From: Smithella sp.
GTDB taxonomy: Bacteria; Desulfobacterota; Syntrophia; Syntrophales; Smithellaceae
Length of the DNA stretch: 64,000 nucleotides
Reading direction: 5' to 3'
NCBI GenBank assembly: GCA_049523355.1
Contig: JBEKMY010000004.1
Location: 20,797-84,796, forward strand
In this document: piece after piece, positions 31,197 through 40,491 of the stretch
How positions within the stretch are numbered: position 1 is the first letter of the stretch
Layout: every line of letters starts with the position of its first letter
Program-made: the position numbers and the translations under genes
Notes under the pieces: generated by a model
Seen by the model: only the letters and a program-made list of their open reading frames with translations
What the model was told of the DNA's origin: nothing
The model's database searches: none

Positions 31197-32234
31197 ATGA
31201 TCAAGGCAGCAATATTTGGAGCCAGCGGATATACCGGTCAGGAACTGACAAGAATTTTGTTGGGTCATCCGAAGGTTAAATTAGTTGCGGTTACATCCCG
31301 GCGTTTTGCCGGACAACCGGTAACGGAAGTGTTTCCGTCGTTATATGGTTTGACTTCGTTAAAATATCAAAACTCAACACCGGCCCAGATAAGCAATGTC
31401 TGCGATATTGTTTTTCTGGCTCTTCCCCATGGTGTTTCTATGGGGATTGCTCCGGAATTTATCAGGGCAGGCAAGAAAGTAATTGATTTAAGCGCTGATT
31501 ATCGTTTACGGGATTTAAAAACCTATGAAACCTGGTACGGAAAACATAGCAGTCCCAAATTTCTAAAGGATGCTGTTTATGGAATACCCGAACTTTACCG
31601 GCAAAAAATCAAGAAATATGGATTCATTGCCAATCCCGGTTGCTATCCAACCAGCATTATCCTGGGTCTTGCTCCTGCGCTTAAAAAGAAACTTTTAGAC
31701 GTATCCACCATTATTGCAGATTCAGCCTCCGGCGTAAGTGGAGCGGGACGGGAACCACTGACAGGATCTCTTTTTTGTGAAGTTGACGGTGGTTTTAAAG
31801 CATACAAAGTTGGGAAACACAGGCATCTTCCTGAAATTGAGCAGGAATTGAACGCTCTGGCGGATAAAAAATTTGCCATTTCCTTTACGCCGCATTTGTT
31901 GCCGGTGAAGCGGGGCATTTTGAGCACAATTTATGCGAAACTGAAGAACGATGTTACCTTGCGGGAACTACATTCACTTTATTGCTCGTTTTACGCGCCA
32001 GAAAAATTTGTAAGGATTTATCCTGAAGGTCTTTATCCTAATATTTCTTCTGTGTGTGGATCGAATTATTGCGATATCGGATTGGCGATTGATCCGCGAA
32101 CAAAAAATGTTATTATAATGGCGGCGATTGATAATTTAATTAAAGGCGCAGCGGGACAGGCTGTGCAAAATATGAATATAATCTGTAATATTGCGGAAGA
32201 CACCGGTTTGCAAAACGCGCCGCTCTATCCATAA
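31197..32234 (+). CDS. argC: N-acetyl-gamma-glutamyl-phosphate reductase
   Basis: The GASGYTG Rossmann motif and the catalytic-Cys motif ANPGCYPTS. Confidence 0.9.
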   Translation: MIKAAIFGASGYTGQELTRILLGHPKVKLVAVTSRRFAGQPVTEVFPSLYGLTSLKYQNSTPAQISNVCDIVFLALPHGVSMGIAPEFIRAGKKVIDLSADYRLRDLKTYETWYGKHSSPKFLKDAVYGIPELYRQKIKKYGFIANPGCYPTSIILGLAPALKKKLLDVSTIIADSASGVSGAGREPLTGSLFCEVDGGFKAYKVGKHRHLPEIEQELNALADKKFAISFTPHLLPVKRGILSTIYAKLKNDVTLRELHSLYCSFYAPEKFVRIYPEGLYPNISSVCGSNYCDIGLAIDPRTKNVIIMAAIDNLIKGAAGQAVQNMNIICNIAEDTGLQNAPLYP

Positions 32235-32245
32235 TGAAATGAATA

Positions 32246-32366
32246 CCATTCCGAAATCAAAGATGATATTAAGGCGGCTAGACTCCAGGCGACGATGCCT
32301 ATTTATGCATACGTTGAGGGAGCCGACAATGAAGCCAACAAAGATAACGCTTTGATTTAGGAATGG
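32246..32366. repeat. Imperfect-palindromic intergenic repeat, subfamily B, copy B2 (121 bp, inverted relative to B1)
   Basis: The arms are CCATTCCGAAATCAAAGATG and GCTTTGATTTAGGAATGG. Its reverse complement aligns end to end with 29719-29838. The right end abuts the cysS SD (AGAGG). Confidence 0.9.
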
Positions 32367-32376
32367 AAGAGGAAAT

Positions 32377-33867
32377 ATGTCTCAGAAAATATTCAATACG
32401 GCGACGAGAAAAAAGGAAATTTTTCAGTCCATACAAGAAGGGGCAGTTGGTATTTATGTTTGCGGTATCACCGCTTATGATGTTTGTCATATAGGACATG
32501 CCCGTGCGGCGGTTGTTTTTGATGTTGTGGTCAGATACTTACGGGCAAGAGGATATCATGTGACTTATGTTAAAAATTTTACCGATATTGATGACAAGAT
32601 TATTGACCGCGCCCAAAAAGAAGGTGTCAGTATTGCTGAAATATCGGAACGTTACATTAAATTGCACGACGAAGACATGGCGGCGCTCGGAGTCGAAACT
32701 CCTACGATAACCCCGAGGGCCACCCAACACATGGAAGATATGATCGCTCTCATCATCAGTCTTGAAGAAAAAGGCTACGCTTATTGTGTGGATGGAGATG
32801 TATATTTTGCGATAAATGAGTATGGCCAATATGGAAGTTTATCCGGACGCAATGTGGAAGAAATGATTGCAGGAGCGCGTGTTGATGTCAATGATAAAAA
32901 AAAGAATCCCCTGGATTTTGCGCTTTGGAAGAAAAGTAAAGAAGGTGAGCCTTTTTGGGAAAGCCCCTGGGGGAAAGGACGGCCCGGCTGGCATATTGAA
33001 TGCTCCGCCATGAGCCGACGTTACCTGGGAGAAACTTTCGATATTCACGGAGGTGGTGAAGATTTAATTTTTCCGCATCACGAAAATGAAATCGCTCAAT
33101 CGCGGGCGGCAACAGGAAAACCTCTGGCCAATTACTGGATGCACAATGGTTTTGTAAAAATAAATTCGGAAAAGATGTCCAAATCTTTAGGCAATATATT
33201 TCCCATCAGAGAAATCTTAAGAAAGTATCATCCGGAAGCATTGCGTTTGTTCATGTTGCAGAGTCATTACCGCAGTCCTGTTGATTATTCGGATAGTTCG
33301 CTTAACGAAGCCAGATCAGGTTTGCTTCGATGTTATAGAGCTTTGCAACTCCTGAAAGAGATGCAGCGCAAATTAGACGCTGATATAACGCCGGTAGTAA
33401 AAAACGCTTCGGAACAATCGGAACAAGCGGAAAATTATATCAGTCAGTTTAAAAAATTGACTGATAAATTTGATGCAGCAATGGATGATGATTTTAATAC
33501 TGCTCAAGCTTTGGGTCATGTCTTTGAAATGGTAAGGTTAATCAATAATTTTATTGTTGATGATAAGAATATGCTCGCTTCTAATAAAGCGAAAATTCTG
33601 GCCCAGGCAAAGAATGTATTTGATCATTTTGGTTCAGTTTTAGGAATTTTTCAAAGTGATGCCGACTATTTTTTTATTTCAGATAAGGAAACCGAGTTAC
33701 GTAAAAGAGGCTTAAACATTGAGGAAATTGAGAATTTAATTAAGCAAAGGCATATTGCCCGCCACCAGAAGGATTGGGTCAGGGCAGATGCTATAAGAAA
33801 AGAACTCGGCCAGCTTCATATTGTTCTTAAAGATTCTGCCAATAGCACTAGTTGGATGATTGAATAA
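32377..33867 (+). CDS. cysS: Cysteine--tRNA ligase
   Basis: Class I motifs HIGHARA and KMSKSLGN. 496 aa. Confidence 0.95.
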   Translation: MSQKIFNTATRKKEIFQSIQEGAVGIYVCGITAYDVCHIGHARAAVVFDVVVRYLRARGYHVTYVKNFTDIDDKIIDRAQKEGVSIAEISERYIKLHDEDMAALGVETPTITPRATQHMEDMIALIISLEEKGYAYCVDGDVYFAINEYGQYGSLSGRNVEEMIAGARVDVNDKKKNPLDFALWKKSKEGEPFWESPWGKGRPGWHIECSAMSRRYLGETFDIHGGGEDLIFPHHENEIAQSRAATGKPLANYWMHNGFVKINSEKMSKSLGNIFPIREILRKYHPEALRLFMLQSHYRSPVDYSDSSLNEARSGLLRCYRALQLLKEMQRKLDADITPVVKNASEQSEQAENYISQFKKLTDKFDAAMDDDFNTAQALGHVFEMVRLINNFIVDDKNMLASNKAKILAQAKNVFDHFGSVLGIFQSDADYFFISDKETELRKRGLNIEEIENLIKQRHIARHQKDWVRADAIRKELGQLHIVLKDSANSTSWMIE

Positions 33868-34000
33868 TTAACTGTACCATTTTCCGGTCTATATTTGAAA
33901 AAACGTTTAATATTTTTAAGTAATCTCTGAAAATAAATGGAAAATATCAGAGAAAGTGGTATAATAATACTCTTTATATATATAATATTGTGAGGAATAT

Positions 34001-35320
34001 ATGAAAAAAATATCACCAATATTTTGTTTGCTGATCGTTATTTTTTTAGGATCTTTTTTCCTTTTAGGGCTTCACAACGATAGTAGCTCTTCCGCAAATG
34101 ATAAAAATGTCTATAAAGACATTAAAACATTCAACGAAGTTTTCGACATAATAAAGAAAAATTATGTTGATGAAATTGATCCCACAACATTAATGCAGGG
34201 TGCGATTAATGGCATGGTCAAATCTCTTGACCCACACAGTTCATATATGACGCCTGATTTATATAAAGAGTTAGAGGTGGAAACACAGGGACATTTCGGG
34301 GGAATTGGTATTGAAATTATGATCATAAAAGATGTTTTGACCGTAATTTCCCCCATAGAAGATACTCCCGCGTTCAATGCCGGGCTAAAACCGGGCGATC
34401 AAATTATAAAAATTGATGGCAAGTCTACTAAAAATATAGAAATTACGGAAGCCGTAAAGAAACTACGTGGTCCCAAGGATACTAAGGTTACAATTACAAT
34501 CATGAGGGAGAATATGGCCGCACCAAAAGATTTTACGTTGACACGTGCCATTATTCAGATCAAAAGTATCAAGGTTAAAAAGCTCGAAGATAACATTGGA
34601 TACATTCGCATAGCTGCTTTTCAAGAGAAGACGTCAGATGATTTACGCAAAGAACTGCGGGAAATCAGCCAAAAGCTTAATCCGATGAAAGGCTTAATAC
34701 TGGATTTGAGAAATGATCCCGGTGGATTGTTGACCCAGGCAATTGAAGTCTCTGATATATTCCTCAAATCAGGTGTGATTGTTTCCACTCGTGGACGCGT
34801 AAAAAGCATGGAAACAAAATCAATGGCGAAAAATGATGGTGATAAAATAACCTGTCCGATAATTGTGTTGGTCAACGAAGGCACCGCCAGCGCCGCGGAA
34901 ATTGTTGCCGGAGCATTGCAGGACAACGGCAGGGCTTTGGTTGTTGGAACGCAGACTTTTGGCAAAGCATCTGTACAGACCGTTATTCCGCTGGAAGACG
35001 GCTCCGCTCTTAAGTTGACGACCGCGCGTTATTACACGCCGAAAGGACGCTCGATTCAGGCGGAAGGTATTACACCGGACATTATTGTTAAATATATTAA
35101 GCCGTCGGAAGATGTGGAAGCAGTTGCCGGGATGGAAGAACAAATTAGAGAAAAAGATCTTGAAGGACATATAAAACCGGCAAAAGAAGATGGCACTAAG
35201 GTTGATGAAACTCAGAGTAAAGAGAAAAAAGATTCTTCTAATTTAGCTAATGATAATCAACTAAAAACAGCAGTGGATATATTGAAAAGCTGGAGTATCA
35301 TGAAAAAGAATTTAAATTAA
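34001..35320 (+). CDS. Carboxy-terminal processing protease (S41A, Ctp/Prc-like) with PDZ domain
   Basis: A signal/anchor, GGIGIEI, a PDZ domain, LVNEGTASAAEIVAGALQD and TFGKASVQ. Confidence 0.85.
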   Translation: MKKISPIFCLLIVIFLGSFFLLGLHNDSSSSANDKNVYKDIKTFNEVFDIIKKNYVDEIDPTTLMQGAINGMVKSLDPHSSYMTPDLYKELEVETQGHFGGIGIEIMIIKDVLTVISPIEDTPAFNAGLKPGDQIIKIDGKSTKNIEITEAVKKLRGPKDTKVTITIMRENMAAPKDFTLTRAIIQIKSIKVKKLEDNIGYIRIAAFQEKTSDDLRKELREISQKLNPMKGLILDLRNDPGGLLTQAIEVSDIFLKSGVIVSTRGRVKSMETKSMAKNDGDKITCPIIVLVNEGTASAAEIVAGALQDNGRALVVGTQTFGKASVQTVIPLEDGSALKLTTARYYTPKGRSIQAEGITPDIIVKYIKPSEDVEAVAGMEEQIREKDLEGHIKPAKEDGTKVDETQSKEKKDSSNLANDNQLKTAVDILKSWSIMKKNLN

Positions 35321-35352
35321 TTAAGACGTGAATTATAAAATTATAATCAGCA

Positions 35353-36213
35353 ATGAAATTATTTAAAAGGATTTTTACGGCGACAGTCATATTCTTGATC
35401 GTTATATCAATTGCAGGCATTATTTATGTGCTGCAATTTCAAGAAGAGCCATCTGTAATAAAAGAACCGAAAAAAGAAACAAAACAAATAAAAACTAGGA
35501 AGGCGACCCCGGGTTCAAAGGAAAAACTCCTGCCTATTACATCGGCACCATTACGTAAAGTAGCAATTATTATTGATGACATGGGTTGTAATTTAAACGC
35601 GGTAAAGGAATTACTGAAAATTAACGCCGATTTAACATTTGCTCTTTTACCTTTTCAGGCTCATACACGCGAAGCGGCGGAAATGTTTCATAAAGCTAAC
35701 AAAGAAACTCTTTTGCACCTGCCGATGGAACCGGTTTCTTATCCGCGCGAAAAACCGGGGGAAGGAGCCCTGTTTACGGATATGAGTGATGAGGAGCTTT
35801 TGTTGCAATTAAAAAAGAATATTGCTGATGTGCCTTACATATCCGGAGTCAATAATCATATGGGGTCAAAATTCATGACCGATGAAAAAAAACTTATTTT
35901 AATTTTTAATGAGCTCAAGAAAAAGAAATTGTTTTTTGTGGATTCGCGCACGTCAAATGATACCAAGGCTTACGCGGCTGCTAAAAAAACCGGTTTACAG
36001 ATAGCCGAACGAAAAATATTCATTGATAATAATCGTGACTACAATAAAATTTATGCTAATTTGATTAATATAACCAAAGATAATGATGTTTCGCCCCGGA
36101 TCATTATCGGTCATCCTTATCCTGAAACTATTCGAGCGCTTAAAGAAGCGACGAAAGTTTTACAAGACAAAGGGGTATCAATTGTTCCTGTGTCTGAGAT
36201 AGTTAACAAGTGA
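35353..36213 (+). CDS. Divergent polysaccharide deacetylase family protein (YibQ-like)
   Basis: An N-terminal TM segment and the motifs VAIIIDDMG, HLPMEP and NNHMGS. Confidence 0.75.
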   Translation: MKLFKRIFTATVIFLIVISIAGIIYVLQFQEEPSVIKEPKKETKQIKTRKATPGSKEKLLPITSAPLRKVAIIIDDMGCNLNAVKELLKINADLTFALLPFQAHTREAAEMFHKANKETLLHLPMEPVSYPREKPGEGALFTDMSDEELLLQLKKNIADVPYISGVNNHMGSKFMTDEKKLILIFNELKKKKLFFVDSRTSNDTKAYAAAKKTGLQIAERKIFIDNNRDYNKIYANLINITKDNDVSPRIIIGHPYPETIRALKEATKVLQDKGVSIVPVSEIVNK

Positions 36214-36286
36214 AAATCTTCTCTTAAGTGTTTATAATTTTTATTCGATAATCAGAATAAGCACTGAGCGAAGCGGATATTTAAAT

Positions 36287-37990
36287 ATGCAAAAAAACAA
36301 AACACTTTTTATATTTATATTAATTCTGGTTTTAATAAATTTATACGGGTGCAGTCATTTGCAAAAAGGTCAGATTCATTCCGTATCTTCTGAAAACAAA
36401 CTAACTGATGCGTCTTATCATTATTCTCTGGGCGTTCTTTTACGTCTGGATGGAAAACTTGAAGAAGCGACTGAAGAATTTAAACAGGCTGTTGCTGCCG
36501 ATCCCGGTTCAGCATATCTTGCGACGGAACTTATTTCTCTTTATACAGAACAGGGCGATCTCAATAACGCCATTGCTCTGGGACAAGAAACGCTTTCTAA
36601 GAATCCTGATAGCATAGAAATACATTTAATTATGGGTGGTTTGTATCTTAATATTCGCGAATACACAAAGGCGATTGCAGAACATAAAAAAGTAATTGAA
36701 CTGGATCCTGACAATCTTATTGCCCATCTTTATTTGGGGATCATTTTTGCTGAAGAAAAAAGATTTGATAAATCTGAGGAAACATTTAAGAAAATGTTAA
36801 AAATAGATCCTGACAATATCATGGGCATCTATTACTATGGTAAAATGCTGGAGAAAAATAAACGCTTTGAAGACGCGGAGAAAATGTTTAAAAAAGCCAT
36901 ATCTTTAAGTCCATACTTTGAAATGGCTTTATTTGATCTGGCCGCGCTTTATGAAAAGCAAGACAAACTGGATAATGCAATTGAAGTTTATCGCAATTAT
37001 TTGGAAAACAATCCAGCGCGAATAAATTTGCGGGTAAGAATAGCAGAGCTTTTAATTAAGGGAAAAAAATATGAGGAAGCTCAAAAAGAATTCCAGGAAG
37101 TTTTGAAAGTTGATCCCGATAATCGGGATATAAGGGTGGCGCTGGGTCTTTTATATTATGATATGAAAAAGTTTGATTTGGCTGCAGCTGAATTTTCTGC
37201 AATTCTACAGAAAAATATTATGGATGACAAGGTTCATTATTTATTAGCGACTACTTATGAGGAAAAAGGCGATAACAAACAGGCCTTTGAAGAATATCGC
37301 AACATTTCTATTTCCTCCGAATTATATGTCAATGCTCAAATTCGCGCGGGAATGATCTTAAAAAAAGACAACAAAATCACAGAGGCTATTACTTTAATTA
37401 AAGGATCTATTAAGAAAAAAAACGATCAGGTGCCTTTTTACATTTATTTATCTTCACTTTACGAGGAAGCTAAGAATGCCGTCGAGGCAGAAAACATTTT
37501 GGAAGAGGGAATCAAAATCGTTCCCAAGGATATAGATTTACATTATGCTTTAGCTGTACTTTATGAAAAAACAAATCGTCTTTCCGAAAGCATCAATGAA
37601 ATGGAAAAGGTTTTGGAAATTGATCCCAAAAATGCCGAGGCGCTCAATTTTATAGGCTACAGTTATGCTGATCGCGGTATAAATCTTGATGAAGCAGAAA
37701 AAATGATTATAAAAGCTCTGGACATTAAACCGGACAATGGTTATTTGTTGGACAGTCTTGGTTGGGTAAATTTCAAAAAAAATAAATTTGGCAGTGCCGA
37801 GAAATATTTAAAGCAGGCTCTGGAACTATTACCTGATGAAGTTGATATTCTTGAACACATGGGAGATGTTTACGTCAAACTAAAGAAAGTTAAGGAAGCC
37901 AGAGAAATGTATGACCGTGCCCTTAAGATTGAACCTGAAAACAGTTCCGTGCAAAAAAAGCTTGAAGATTTGATCAAGCAGAAACAATAG
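36287..37990 (+). CDS. Tetratricopeptide-repeat lipoprotein
   Basis: A lipobox (LINLYGC) followed by more than 10 TPR-like repeats. 567 aa. Confidence 0.75.
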   Translation: MQKNKTLFIFILILVLINLYGCSHLQKGQIHSVSSENKLTDASYHYSLGVLLRLDGKLEEATEEFKQAVAADPGSAYLATELISLYTEQGDLNNAIALGQETLSKNPDSIEIHLIMGGLYLNIREYTKAIAEHKKVIELDPDNLIAHLYLGIIFAEEKRFDKSEETFKKMLKIDPDNIMGIYYYGKMLEKNKRFEDAEKMFKKAISLSPYFEMALFDLAALYEKQDKLDNAIEVYRNYLENNPARINLRVRIAELLIKGKKYEEAQKEFQEVLKVDPDNRDIRVALGLLYYDMKKFDLAAAEFSAILQKNIMDDKVHYLLATTYEEKGDNKQAFEEYRNISISSELYVNAQIRAGMILKKDNKITEAITLIKGSIKKKNDQVPFYIYLSSLYEEAKNAVEAENILEEGIKIVPKDIDLHYALAVLYEKTNRLSESINEMEKVLEIDPKNAEALNFIGYSYADRGINLDEAEKMIIKALDIKPDNGYLLDSLGWVNFKKNKFGSAEKYLKQALELLPDEVDILEHMGDVYVKLKKVKEAREMYDRALKIEPENSSVQKKLEDLIKQKQ

Positions 37991-38027
37991 GAACAACATG
38001 GTATCATTATATCCCCAGAGATTTTTT

Positions 38028-38813
38028 ATGCGCATCACAAAAAAATCCTCTTTCCTTGCCATAAAATTATTATGGCTGTTTTTTTTTGTTTATGGTTGCG
38101 CTGGGCAAGCAATTGTTTATCCCGATTCTCCATCCGAAAAAATTCCTACGACAATCTTCTCCGGCCCTATTGCTGAAGATGATGTTGTAAGCGCTATAGT
38201 TGACATAAATTTGACTTCACCCGAAGGTTATTATCCAACCAAGGCGGCCTTGATTATAAAAAAGCCTTCATATTTACGGCTGGAAATGCTTCCTGTCATC
38301 GGAACACCCGATTTTCTTCTCGCTGCTTCGCCTGAAAAAATGAGTATTTTTATTCCTTCGAAGGAAAATTTTTATTACGGACAACCGACGGGCGCTAACT
38401 TAAGAAAATTTATTCACTGGCAATTTAATATTGAAGATATAGTAATGATTTTTGCCGGAACATATCCTTCTTTGAAAGGGAAGGATATTTCTTACCAAAG
38501 CTATCGTGAAAAAAATTTTCTGCGTACGGAAATGAAAGCGCCGTCAGGATGCTCGCAAATTTTCTGGGTAGGAGAAAACAATAGATTGTTTAAAATAGTT
38601 CGCAATGATGAAAACGGCAAAGAAATATATACGGTTAGATATTTCTATGATGAAGCCCCCCCCACTCTTCCAGAAAAAATTACCATTAGCATGGCAGATG
38701 GAATAACGTTACTATCAGTAAAATTTTCGGACATCAGAATTGAAAAGGCAACAGATTTATCAATTTTTGATCTTCCAATTCCCGCTAATGTAAATGTTAT
38801 TTTATTGAAATAA
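38028..38813 (+). CDS. Putative outer-membrane lipoprotein (LolB/DUF4292-like)
   Basis: Lipoprotein signal MRITKKSSFLAIKLLWLFFFVYGC. An alternative ATG lies at 37998. The family assignment rests on size and context, so it is tentative. Confidence 0.5.
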   Translation: MRITKKSSFLAIKLLWLFFFVYGCAGQAIVYPDSPSEKIPTTIFSGPIAEDDVVSAIVDINLTSPEGYYPTKAALIIKKPSYLRLEMLPVIGTPDFLLAASPEKMSIFIPSKENFYYGQPTGANLRKFIHWQFNIEDIVMIFAGTYPSLKGKDISYQSYREKNFLRTEMKAPSGCSQIFWVGENNRLFKIVRNDENGKEIYTVRYFYDEAPPTLPEKITISMADGITLLSVKFSDIRIEKATDLSIFDLPIPANVNVILLK

Positions 38814-38843
38814 TTCAGATGATTACTTTAATTTCAGAGGGAT

Positions 38844-39668
38844 TTATTTGATTTCCTGCAGGCTGGACCGGGCGATGCGCGCCTGATTGGTGTTCGGATA
38901 AGTTTTGATTACTTCCTGTAAAAGTAATTTGGCGCTGGTTTTGTCTCCCAGCTTGAGAAAAGAAAGGCCTTGCTTAAGCAAGGCATATGGAACTTTATTT
39001 CCGTTGGGATAATTTTTAGTTACTTTTTCGTACTCTAATATTGCCGCTTCATATTTTTTTTCGAAAAAATAACATTCACCGACCCAAAACTGGGCATTAT
39101 CTGAATACTCGCTATCAGGATAAACAGATAAGAAATTTTGAAATTCGGATCGGGCTTTATCGTAATTGCCTTCTTTAAATATTTGATAAGCGTCCGAATA
39201 CGCTTTTTCCTTGTCTTGTATCTTTGCCAAATCTTTTGTAACATTACTGCCTGTTGATTTGCTGTTCTTATCTGGAGTTTCATTCACACTATGTTTATTT
39301 CCGATTTCCAGAAAATTTTCAATAAAGTTGATTTTCAGAAGAACATTATCAAAACGCTGATCATCCTTCTTTGTGTTGGCACTAAAATCTTTTTTCAGGG
39401 TTTCCACTTGACCACGCAATTGCTGGAGAGCTTCCCTCAAATCGGAAATATCTGCCGAAGTGTTGGCCTGCCCGTTACGTATAGCATCCAGACCTGCGGT
39501 GTTCTTTTTCAATGTGCTCAAATCAGCATCTATTGCGGCAAGTTTTTCTTCCATGTTCTGGTTTAATTCCGAACGAAGCACCCTTAAATCTCCTGTAGAA
39601 GCGCAACCGGCAACGGAAAATATCGCCAAAAATAAAAGAAGATAAATAAACTTTCTCAATTTTTTCAC
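38844..39668 (-). CDS. cpoB: Tol-Pal system protein CpoB (YbgF), coiled coil plus TPR
   Basis: A lipoprotein-type signal, a coiled-coil N-terminal half and a C-terminal TPR region (YPDSEYSDNAQFWVGECYF). It is the last gene of the tol-pal cluster. The start codon is GTG. Confidence 0.8.
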   Translation of the reverse strand: MKKLRKFIYLLLFLAIFSVAGCASTGDLRVLRSELNQNMEEKLAAIDADLSTLKKNTAGLDAIRNGQANTSADISDLREALQQLRGQVETLKKDFSANTKKDDQRFDNVLLKINFIENFLEIGNKHSVNETPDKNSKSTGSNVTKDLAKIQDKEKAYSDAYQIFKEGNYDKARSEFQNFLSVYPDSEYSDNAQFWVGECYFFEKKYEAAILEYEKVTKNYPNGNKVPYALLKQGLSFLKLGDKTSAKLLLQEVIKTYPNTNQARIARSSLQEIK

Positions 39669-39682
39669 CTCATTAGATTATA

Positions 39683-40267
39683 TTATGGAGTAACAACAAA
39701 ATGAGCACGCCTATTTTTTGCCCATGCTTCTTCGTTAGAGTCCGGAAACAGAGGACGCTCAGAGCCATAACTAATAGTTTTCATCATTGATTCTTTAATG
39801 CCTAAATTAACAAGATATTTCTTTGTTTCCTGAGCGCGACGCTCCCCCAGAGCCATGTTGTATTCGGCGGTTCCTCTTTCATCGCAATGTCCTTCAATCA
39901 TGACGGAAGATACTCTATGTTTCCGTAAATAATTGGCATTGACCTGAAGAATTTCACGGGCGTCAGGACGAATGCTGGAACTGTCGAAATCAAAGTTGAT
40001 GTCACTAACAGGAGATGTTGCCGTTGCTTCCATAAGAGAAGACTGTTCATGAACGGAACCTTTTTTATTAGCGGTATCGGTGGGGGCAATGTTGTTGTTT
40101 TGATTTGTATTATCAGTTGTTTGCACCGGTGTTTGCACGGGTGCGGTTACTTGTTCCTGCGCGTTGCTGCTTGTGATGACTGATTTTTTTTCGGCACAGC
40201 CGGTAAAAATTATCAGACTAAATATCATAACAACAAAAATTCCCGTCAAGGTCAGATTATTTTTCAT
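39683..40267 (-). CDS. pal: Peptidoglycan-associated lipoprotein Pal (OmpA-like domain)
   Basis: A lipobox (FTGC), a low-complexity linker and the OmpA-C motifs IEGHCDERGTAEYNMALGERRA. Confidence 0.9.
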   Translation of the reverse strand: MKNNLTLTGIFVVMIFSLIIFTGCAEKKSVITSSNAQEQVTAPVQTPVQTTDNTNQNNNIAPTDTANKKGSVHEQSSLMEATATSPVSDINFDFDSSSIRPDAREILQVNANYLRKHRVSSVMIEGHCDERGTAEYNMALGERRAQETKKYLVNLGIKESMMKTISYGSERPLFPDSNEEAWAKNRRAHFVVTP

Positions 40268-40491
40268 TATTCTTCCTCTCTTTCCTCACTAAAATAAGTT
40301 TATCAGAAATAAAAAATGTCAACACAATGACAAATATTGTCATCAACAAAATTATAACAGAAACAAGGACAGTTTTTTAGAAGAAACCCTATACGCATTT
40401 TATGTTCCATATTGCTGTCAAATTCAATTATTATTAACGTCTTATACGGCAAAGGCTAGAAAATAACAACCCCTAAACTTTTACGATGCAA

